A stretch of DNA of 57,928 bases, the filler included, from Nemertoderma westbladi (Eukaryota; Animalia; Xenacoelomorpha), in assembly GCA_032718475.1 (NCBI GenBank). It is 3 parts of 3 records of this genome, joined end to end, with 100 filler letters (N's around TTAATTAATTAA, not from the genome) between each part and the next. Parts side by side here need not be neighbours in the genome. Positions count along the whole stretch, not along the records: positions 1 to 27,112 come from JAUCBJ010003362.1; 2 more parts are not named here. One strand, given 5' to 3'. Below are positions 13,401-21,689 of the stretch, in pieces (position 1 is the stretch's first letter; every line of letters begins with the position of its first letter). The position numbers and the translations under genes are program-made. The notes under the pieces are model-generated. The model searched no databases and was not told the origin of the DNA. It saw only the letters and a list, made by a program, of their open reading frames with translations.

Positions 13401-16400
13401 GCTGGAGATTGCGAATTAGTGAGTCCGCCGTTGGGGGGCGTACCGTCTGCACAGAATCGCAACGAAAACTTAGGATACCATTATTGCATCAATTCCGCAA
13501 TGGAGCAAAAAGATATAATTGTCTTACAGAAACAATTTTACAAAAATATAATATTATTTAAATTTATATATAATGTTTTTTTTAATATAGAATACAAATC
13601 TGTAAATTCACTTCTTTCTTTCACCGAAGAATATCTGTTTTTTGTACATATATATTTTTTTATTATATTTATATTATTAATATATTTTTTTTATTATTTT
13701 TATTGCCATATATATGGTATGTACATTTACATTTTTGTATATATATATATATTTATATTGGTACATATCCAAGGTTCCACCTTGGTGTAGTACTCACCCG
13801 GCTGATGATAACCAGAAGTTTGAAACCTAGGTACCGGGTTCGAGCCCCAATAGGGCCGGTTGATATTTTTCGCTATGGAGAGCATTATCATATTGTCTTA
13901 TTTACATTGAATTCACATCTCCTGTAGGTCGTGGGTTCGATCCTCACATGGGCCAGGGTAGTTTTCGTTTCGGCACGAATGCTTTAAAGGGACCAGCCAG
14001 AGCGCATCTCTGCATCCTTGCATCCTTAAGTGGTAGCTAAATGAGTACTGGAGTTGCCTCTGGGGAGTAAAGTTCTGGGGGGACCGCACTGGAAATAGTC
14101 GTCAGACTTTGTGCGTATTCCGTGGCCGAAGAAATTTTTTTATTAGTACATATTGGTATTTATTTTCAATATAATAATAACTCACCCTTTGGACCAGACA
14201 CTCACCCTTTGGACCAGACACTCACCCTTTGGACTAGACCTCCACTGACACTGATTGGACGCATTGACTGAGAGGATTCCATGTGACCAGCAGCCAACAC
14301 GTCCTCGTAGAAAGCTATGTACCGACACCTACCGGGGTGCGATGGGTTGCCATAACGACGGGCCAATAGAAACTGATCGGCTTCACCGATATCCGGGGGT
14401 CCAGGAAAACTTCTGAGAAACTGAAACAATTGCAAGTGAAATAAAGTGAAATAAAGTGAAATAACATAATTATATATAAGTATAGGTATTAGGTATTTTA
14501 GAATTGTATATTTATTTAAACTTAACTAACTATTAGGGAATAGTTCACCTGGTACAAACTAGTAAACTAATTCTTGGTTTAATGCAGAATTACAAATATT
14601 ATTCAAACATGTAAGTAACATTCACCAGAGAAGAACAAGGGGGTTAAATGAGGATTAATCTCCCTGGCTCGACCACGGATTGCACCGGCTTTTCACCAAA
14701 GAGAAAAAGGCTTTTACAGCAACTAATACTACTACTACGATCGGCATGCTGCATTGGAGCTGCATTATAAATATATTACATATATATTAAGAATGCTGTG
14801 GTCGACAACACTCCCTATCACCCATTTTATAGGAAGTTGATAAGATTGTTACTACCTATCACCCATGACATTTGCTACATCATCCGCATCTTCAAGGCCA
14901 GTGTCCTTTAAGATGCGTCTCAAGAAAGTCATGGGCTATCCACCATGCTTATTCACTCCATGAGGTCGCCAAACCACAAGATTATGCACTGGTTCGTCCT
15001 CACGGCGAAAGCAATGTCCTGCAAAGCGGAGGCGGTACCGTTCAAGTGTCAAGCTAGGGGAGACTAATAGAACACCTCCCATACTGTATAGTCTGATTGG
15101 AGACATGTGCATTGCACTTGACACAATGAACCCGGCGCAGCATTCTTGTGAATGTGCCATCCAGAGATATGGAATCCTCTGCAGTTAAACTGATATGTAC
15201 GGTACACTGATATGTAACTGAGATCACAGCTTCGTAACCATCTACGCGAGTATTCATTCACTCCGTTGTTGTATGTTGTTTATAAGAGCTACCTTTTTAT
15301 CAAACTGAGAAAAACCCATATGTTCCAGCCAAAATGTCATCACACTAAATAGTAACTTGAAAATCATCTGTTTAAAGGGAGCTAACCCATTATTAGAGTA
15401 ATTAAAGAATCTCCCCGCAGTCACTTTTGTGGACTTCAAGAAGGCATTCGACTCCATCCATAGAGGTAAAATGCTTGAAACCCTAAGAGCTTATGGAATA
15501 CCAGAAGTAATTGTTGCTGGCATTGGATTGTTATATTGTGACACAGAAGCGCAGGTACTCTCACCAGATGGTGAAACTGAGTTTTTCTCAATCCTGGCTG
15601 GCGTACTGCAAGGTGACACATTAGCACCATTACTATTTGTAATTGTGCTGGATTACGCAATGAGGACGGCCACAAAGGGTGAAGATCTGGGATTCACACT
15701 TCAAGAACGCAGAAGTAGTAGATATCCGGCAACTACAGTCACAGACACCGACTTTGCGGATGACATCGCCCTGCTCTCTAATACGCTAGCAGATGCACAG
15801 CTTCTACTAAATAAAGTGGAGAGGGCTACTAAGGAGGTTGGATTGCATATAAATGCTACAAAGACCGAATTCATGACCTTTAATGTTGATGGAAACTTGA
15901 CAACCATTGATAATAATCAACTAAGGAAGGTCGATGACTTCCAGTACCTTGGATCATGGATAGAGAGTAGCAAAAAGGACATAGAAGTTAGGAAAGCAAA
16001 GGCTTGGGTAGCTCTATCAAAAATGGATACCATCTGGAAATCAGATCTCTCCAGGCACCTGAAGACTGAGTTCTTTCGAGCCACAGTGGAAAGTGTATTT
16101 TTATACGGGGGTGAGACCTGGACACTGACTAAATCACTTGAACAACGAATTGATGGTTGCTACACAAGACTACTAAGGGCAGCCCTAAACATCAGCTGGA
16201 GACAACACATGACAAACGCCGAGCTTTATGGTACAATACCACCTGTATCAACCACCCTCCGTGAACGCAGATTAAGATTCAGTGGGCACTGCTGGCGAAG
16301 CAAAGACGAGGTCATACCAGATCTACAGTACTTCTCTGGCAACCAACTCATGGAAAGCGTAGTCGTGGACGACCTGCCATAACATATATAGATCAACTTG

Positions 16401-19400
16401 AAAGGGATACTGAACTTGGGAGAAACGAAATTGCGACAACTATGGAGAATCGGGAAGCCTGGAAGGATCTTATTTCCACTGTCCGAGTTCGCCTCACCTA
16501 GCAGTAGTAGTATCCTCTCCAGGGGAAATCGGACGCAAATAACAGGTGATTGCTCTCAAAAATAAAACTGTAACCTTTTCTGTTCTTAACATTGAGGCGG
16601 GATATTAATTCGCCAAGGCGAGTTTTGCGTCCAGTGCCCCCCCCCCCCTGTCTCTTTATCTGATATAACATTAACATACAGTATATACCGGTACATGTAA
16701 TCTTTGGTATAATTGTTTGTTTATTCATATAGATTATGGAAGAGTCTGAAGTACTGAAGTAGGCCGGAAGGCCGAAACGTTACTCAACTAACACCGAGTT
16801 TTTTCATTGTCAGCGGTTTATTTTATCAAAATGTTGAATTGTGCAGTTGGATTTATCATTAGAACAATTCCTCCGTTACCATTGCTGTCATCTGCTAGGG
16901 GAGGGCAAGTCGCCAACTACTGTACAACCAATGACCTTAATCAAAACCTCTACTTTCTGCCCAGTTGTGCCCACATAAACCTGTCTACCAGGGCTGTCAG
17001 CTCGCCTTGTTACGGACTCTGCGTTCACAGAGAGGGGTTGATACTGGTTGTATTGTACAATAAAGCTCGGCGTCTGTATGTCATGTGTTGTCTGTCTCCA
17101 GCTGATAATCAGTCTTGTGTAACAAATATATAATTTTGTCCAAATTCTATCCAATCCTGTCCTATCCAATCCTGTCCTATCCAATCCTGTCCTATCCAAT
17201 CCTGTCCTATCCAATCCTGTCCTATCCAATCCTGTCCTATCCAATGACTGGAAAGGCACGTCCATTGATTGGACTTGTTTCGTTGCTGCAGACGAACTTA
17301 TTTTAAGCCCTCAGGTAATTATTATAAATTAGGAAACATTTGAACATTTACCACGATTTCTGGTCCAGATAGAATTATTATTCCCTGATTCCAGGCAAAA
17401 TCTGTTATAGCGATAATTGAAGCGAGGCGGGATATTGCAATAGTGTGCAATCAGTACAGACAGTAAGTAGTGTTGGGATGTAATACAATTAAGTAGTTAG
17501 TGAAGGTAGACTGTTCCCCCCGACCTGGTACAATGCGAGGCCTTTAATTAGCGACCATTTAATCAACAGTCTCTCCAAATACAGTAGAACCATATTGCGA
17601 CTACGGAGCCCTGCAAAGGAATGGTGTTTGGACTCCTTATGTGGCGGATAATAAAGAGCTAACATGTTTGTAGCAGTTTCTTATTTTTTTCCTTCGAAAA
17701 ATGGTCTTATTTATGCTTCGAAAATACTTGAAATGGTTAGAATTATGGCAAGGGCTACTGACTGGACCCTTTGCTCAATTGACCGGACAAAGCCGCCTCC
17801 GCTTTGCTGGACATTACTTTCCCGTGAGGACCAGCCAGTGCATAATCTTATGCTTAGGCGGCCTTGTGGGGTGAATAAGCATGGTGGACAGCCTATGACT
17901 TTCTTGAGACGCATCTTAAAGGACACTGGCCTTGAAGATGCGGATGATCTAGCAAATGTCATGGGTGATAGGGAGTTATGGCGGCGCAATAATGTTGACA
18001 CGCCGGCATACTACTACTGCCATAAATAATCGAACCTTAGGTTCCGAGTAATTCTATGGAACTTCCAAATCCTGGACAGACGAATTAACGCTACCCATGC
18101 CCAAAGGGAAAGGGGCTTTATCAGCAAGCTAAGCTAGAGTGTTGTAATGTTAACCACGAGAATGAATAGGCGCAGTAAATAGGTTTGTCTAAAAGTAGGC
18201 CTATTTGGTAACTGCGCGTAACTGAATTTATTTAATTAATTAATTTTTATTAAAATTAAATTTATAAAAAATAAACTAACCTGTGGCAATGTAACAAGAC
18301 CTTCATTGTTTTTATCAAAATCTTTGTAGGAATCTTGGACGTTAATTCCATGGAATTTACAATATTGGTAAACTCTGTGCAATATCGACTCCACTCTCGT
18401 TGTTTCAGGTTGGTTTAGGACGGCACGATGCCACGCGTGTTCGCTAAAATTGAGAAATTACAGTAGATCGAATGAATTCGCAACCAAACGTTTAAGAAGT
18501 TTGGACGGGAAAATGATTGTGTTACCGGTACCGCGATATTCAGCACTGCGTACAGTAATTCAGCTCAAAAAGAACTGCAAAATTTTCTTTCATTTCCCAA
18601 TTGTATATCTTCAATAACATTACCGGCACTTATTATAGATAGTTTGTTGAATCAATCCATTTCGAATTCTTGCATGGAATATTTTAATTATAACTCACTA
18701 TTGTTATTGTTTTCACATTGTTATTATTTCACTCAAGTGGGATGTGGGATGATTAATAATAATAATAACACTCACATGTGGCCGGGATATTGAGTGCCAT
18801 CTAGCGTAGCTTCTAAGAATTTATAATTAAATAATCCGTTTCCTCGAGTATCATATTTTTTTAGAATCTCAGATGCATCTTGAGCGGTAAGCGATATTTT
18901 CAGATGCTGATTAATAATTCGCAGAAATTGATTACCTAAATAATATTAATAATTACAGATTTATATTTAATTAATCAAGCAATTTAAGAAAAACCTTGAC
19001 TCTAAAACTAGTAACCGTGCGTGACCCAGACATCGCATACAATATTAGTACCGGTAAATCAGTAGACTGCAGATAGCAAATCTGTAGGTTAGGAGCGAAA
19101 ACTAAAAATCATCTGTCTGCCGTCAACTGAAAGTGCACTATTAGGTACCGGTACTATATACTCAGACCACGCAGGTGGAACCACATTATTTAATACATAC
19201 ATAACATTATTGGATGGCTCGGTTATTATATTCTGGTTATTAGGTTCGTTTTTTATTCATTAGAACTTATGGCTGATACAAAACAAGTGTTCATTTAATT
19301 ATTATTTGTTATTATTTTAGATAATAAAAGTAAACATATATCTAAATAATCCTAATAATTTACAGTAAATTTATTTTAGAATATTATATTAATTATCTGT

Positions 19401-20037
19401 AATTAATATGTTCTAGATTTTTGTCTTCAGATAATTGTAGTTACATGCCGTTACATGGGTCCGTTTCATTAGAAAATACAACTATTTTACGGGTCATAGA
19501 CCTTAATCACATTTATAATTGTCAGTATTTTATATTTTAACTTTAACTTTATAATTTTATATGTTAACAGTTGTTAACATAAAAACACAAAATATAACTA
19601 AATACGCTATTATTCATAAAAAAGCGCACTTTATAGCGTTTCGGCACGAGTGATGTTGTTTTCCGAGCGACAGCGAGGTAAATTACAAAACGAGGGCCGT
19701 AATAACTATTTACATCATTGTGTGCAAAGCAGCACTTTGCATCACTTATGACCTGAGTTTATTTATGTTCCGAGCGAGCGAAGCGAGGGAGGTTTACATA
19801 AATAAACAAGGGTCTTTAACGCTGAAAAGTGACTTTTGCACGCAATGATGTATATACTTTAGTTACAATGCGGTTTACCAACTACTGTAGGGCCCCTTCA
19901 CTTGGAGTATTTTTTTTACCTGAGATGAAACCCGATTTCAATCGGTCAAAATCCTTGAAAAAATCATTTATTCGCACACGTTTAGCGCTGATGGCCACGC
20001 GTATGATGTCTTCAATGCGATTATCTAAACTAGGCAT
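4305..20037 (-). CDS. Uncharacterised multi-EF-hand protein gene, 9 exons (19920-20037, 18776-18935, 18281-18443, 14226-14420, 13287-13446, 7008-7189, 5360-5485, 4782-4950, 4305-4453), 3'-incomplete in window
   Basis: All exons are bounded by AG/GT. Intron phases 1,2,0,0,1,0,0,1,0 join without stops from MPSLDNRIEDIIR... EF-hand-like loops recur: FKDFDRLKSGFIS, YKDFDKNNEGLVT, FKDHDKKRTGCVT, FKDLDRSTAYTRKIT. Confidence 0.9.
4782..4950 (-). CDS. EF-hand gene exon 8 (STAYTRKITPLQFSRVL...INYTAFLQSIDP)
   Basis: Acceptor ttttcag, donor CAA|GTTAGT, open frame with EF-hand-like NINYTAF. Confidence 0.88.
5360..5485 (-). CDS. EF-hand gene exon 7 (NAKPPALSPDEIERLKRVL...FKDLDR)
   Basis: Acceptor ttttag, donor CGG|GTAATT, 126 nt, phase 0-0. 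Confidence 0.88.
5575..5710. repeat. 17-bp AT-rich minisatellite (tttaaatttgtaataaa) ~7 copies
   Basis: Direct tandem repeat. Confidence 0.85.
5715..6155 (-). mobile_element. 5'-truncated RTE retrotransposon copy (family A)
   Basis: Nearly identical to the 3' end of 53431..54885 (RLRFAGH...ELWRR), with a (TAG)n tail. aaaatttggaat occurs on both flanks and may be a TSD. Confidence 0.9.
6591..6754 (-). ncRNA. U1: U1 spliceosomal snRNA
   Basis: 164 nt starting ATACTTACCTGG. SL-I loop GATCAGGAAT, SL-II loop ATTGCACTCC, Sm site AATTTGTG, terminal stem GGAGCTTGCG-TTCG-CGCAGGCTCC. All stems pair. Confidence 0.96.
7008..7189 (-). CDS. EF-hand gene exon 6 (GKNPVLSPGDVEIIADFY...GSLSR)
   Basis: Acceptor ttttag, donor CGA|GTAAGT; DGRVHYKDL EF-hand-like segment; lies within ORF 6975..7259. 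Confidence 0.88.
7740..13317. repeat. 56-bp satellite (cccatagccaatagtaggtccctgttaaactcggtaacgcatcccgaagtaactaa), ~100 copies, made of exon-5 3' end plus splice donor
   Basis: Period 56 confirmed (840 bp = 15 units between 8341 and 9181). The terminal copy is the coding end of exon 5. Confidence 0.97.
13287..13446 (-). CDS. EF-hand gene exon 5 (TVRPPTADSLIRNLQHQFYTDGIRCSDYFKDHDKKRTGCVTEGEFNRDLLLAM)
   Basis: Acceptor gtgcag, donor TGG|GTTAGT, EF-hand-like loop; absent from the ORF track. Confidence 0.9.
13775..14110 (+). mobile_element. Degenerate tRNA-derived SINE fragment(s)
   Basis: Pol III B-box-like GGTTCGAGCCC (~13837) and GGTTCGATCC (~13934), followed by CATCCTT...TAAATGAGTAC...CTGGGG..TAAAG, which resembles the Nin/Deu SINE central domain. 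Confidence 0.5.
14180..14239. repeat. 20-bp x3 tandem repeat of exon-4 end plus donor (GTCTGGTCCAAAGG|GTGAGT on minus)
   Basis: ctcaccctttggac at 14181, 14201 and 14221. Confidence 0.95.
14226..14420 (-). CDS. EF-hand gene exon 4 (FLRSFPGPPDIGEADQFLLARRY...GLVQR)
   Basis: Acceptor tttcag, donor AGG|GTGAGT, 195 nt, phase 0-0. Confidence 0.88.
14727..15188 (-). mobile_element. Degenerate 5'-truncated RTE copy (family A)
   Basis: RLRFAGHCFRRED... similarity to the 53431 element; (TAG)n tail. Confidence 0.85.
15400..16511 (+). mobile_element. 5'-truncated RTE retrotransposon (family B), partial RT ORF 15429..16382 with 3' frameshift
   Basis: DFKKAFDS, GVLQGDTLAP, DFADD, FQYLGS, RLRFSGH motifs; tail tagcagtagtagta. 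Confidence 0.92.
16512..16652 (-). mobile_element. Partial copy of the MITE at 56358-56626
   Basis: Reverse-complement match, e.g. cattgaggcgggatattaattcgccaaggcg and ttgcgtccag. Confidence 0.75.
16742..16785 (+). ncRNA. Degenerate minimal type-I hammerhead ribozyme motif (Penelope-like)
   Basis: GAGT-CTGAAG(tactgaag)TA-GGCC-GGAA-GGCC-GAAACGTT-ACTC: stem I, stem II, GAAA and palindromic AACGTT. The core has an 8-bp duplication and A9->U. Confidence 0.55.
17146..17244. repeat. 15-bp minisatellite (cctatccaatcctgt) ~6.5 copies
   Basis: Direct tandem repeat. Confidence 0.93.
17790..18018 (+). mobile_element. RTE family A 3' fragment
   Basis: REDQPVHNL...GDRELWRR identity to the 53431 element. 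Confidence 0.85.
18281..18443 (-). CDS. EF-hand gene exon 3 (EHAWHRAVL...YKDFDKNNEGLVTLPQ)
   Basis: Acceptor ttttag, donor CAG|GTTAGT, EF-hand loop. Confidence 0.9.
18776..18935 (-). CDS. EF-hand gene exon 2 (NQFLRIINQHL...YDTRGNGLFNYK)
   Basis: Acceptor tttag, donor CAT|GTGAGT. Confidence 0.88.
19920..20037 (-). CDS. EF-hand gene exon 1 (MPSLDNRIEDIIRVAISAKRVRINDFFKDFDRLKSGFIS)
   Basis: aagATG start, donor CAG|GTAAAA. Confidence 0.88.
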
Positions 20038-20256
20038 CTTATAATTGGAATATTAGTTAGTTTAAATTGTTGTGTTGTTACTGTATAAACTGCCGTAGCT
20101 ACCGGTATGGAGGGGATGGCCTACTGTATTTATTAGGCCTAATGTACAAAAATTTTAGAAAATACGGTATTTATTTATCACTTTGATTTGTAATAATTAC
20201 GATTAAAGTTTATTCTAGAATTAATTGGTATTATCTACTCAGAAACAACGCATAGG

Positions 20257-21050
20257 CGTACACCATGTCCTGGAATATAGTGTCGTTGTTCAGGTACCTG
20301 CCCCCCCCTCCCCCCCCCCAATTTTTTTACAAATCGTAATGAGATTGCATGAATTTTGAAACAGAGATACTTTCCACTCCCTCCTCCTTCCTTGCTGGGT
20401 GAGCCACAATTTTTATTTTTGCTTTCATTATTTAGTGATATTTTTAGTGATATTTTTTATTATTTAGTGATCTTTCATTATTATTTAATTAAAAAGTGTC
20501 TCCAGCGATATTACACCAGTTACACCGCAGTTATTCTTCGCCCTTATATTGATTTGTTGGCACTATTAGAAAGCCGGTTGTGCAAGGATTCCAAATATGT
20601 AACATAATCTAAATTTCGGTTTGAAATAGCTGAGATATTAGCGTTTAAAACTTGTATGGTTTTGCATATGAGCGAGGCTATTTTATTCTATTAAATAAAT
20701 TACAACATTACTATTACAACATATTCTGGAACATTTTGTTTATCCCATACGTAGCTTGGCAACAATGCAATACCTCTTTAATCATAATATTTCTTAGCTA
20801 CTCATGCATTAACAAAATGTTCCAGAATATGTTGTATTGATTTAATAGAATAAAATAGCCTCGCTCTTATGCAAAACCATAAAAGTTTTAAACTTTTAGG
20901 CTCCATTAGTACTAAACGTGATACTTTCCAAATGATGATAAAATTGCGTACACGTGAATGTTGTTGTGGTTGCTTAGGCAACTCGATAATGTTATTGTTG
21001 GAGTGCCGTTTCAAATTGAAACCCTTCCACATTTAAAAAATAATGTACAC
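20257..21050. mobile_element. Non-autonomous DNA-transposon-like element with internal palindrome
   Basis: Long inverted repeat 20658-20710 / 20810-20880. Segment 20340-20640 matches the reverse complement of 29000-29190, and the end motif tacaccatgtcctggaa recurs inverted near 38930. Confidence 0.6.
20969..20982. promoter_or_regulatory. RFX X-box-like site GTTGCTTAGGCAAC (second candidate GTAGCTTGGCAAC at 20751-20763)
   Basis: Matches the palindromic RFX consensus and lies 0.7-0.9 kb upstream of the EF-hand gene ATG. Confidence 0.45.
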
Positions 21051-21330
21051 CAAAGGCAGTAAATACTACCGGTACAGTTTCATGTTTAGGCAATAACGCA
21101 CACAATTAATGTTAAGATCGGGAATGTAACATCATCAAAACAACTAATAGAGCATAATATGGAGTGCCCGAGTATTGGGTATAAATCTATTTATTCTATC
21201 TCTCAATGACCAACATCTTCTACCTGGTCATTGATGAATCATTCGTAAAATTAGGTATCTCAAAGATTGCTGAAAGGGTCTAACTGATGACGGAAAACTA
21301 AGTTCAACTGTGTTTAACTGTGATTGAACA

Positions 21331-21689
21331 GGTACTAGTAGTTTGTTTTGAGCACAACCACCACCCCCCCCCCCCCCCCCCCCCAATTTTTTATACTAGC
21401 TAGTTTTTGTTACTTTTTTTTAAATGTTCTAGACCATATTGTCTATTCATTTTTTTATTAATTTTGTTCTTGAACAAATATTTTTGTTCTAGAACATTAA
21501 AAAATGATATTAACAAAATAGCTAGTTTTTTTGTTTGTTTGATCTAGAACAAATAATAATTGCTCTAGAACAAAATTTATATATTAAATGAATAGATTAT
21601 ATGTTCTAGAACATTTTTAAAAACAAAGTAACAAAAACTAGCTCGTATAACAAAAATTGAGGAGGTTGTGCACAAAACACAATAGTACC
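21331..21689. mobile_element. Fold-back MITE (~360-bp imperfect palindrome)
   Basis: ggtactagtagtttgttttgagcacaacc ... ggttgtgcacaaaacacaatagtacc, with paired internal arms. Confidence 0.75.

Noticed and set aside
21283-21300. CTGATGA..GAAA second hammerhead
   Set aside because: No room for stem II and no supporting stems.
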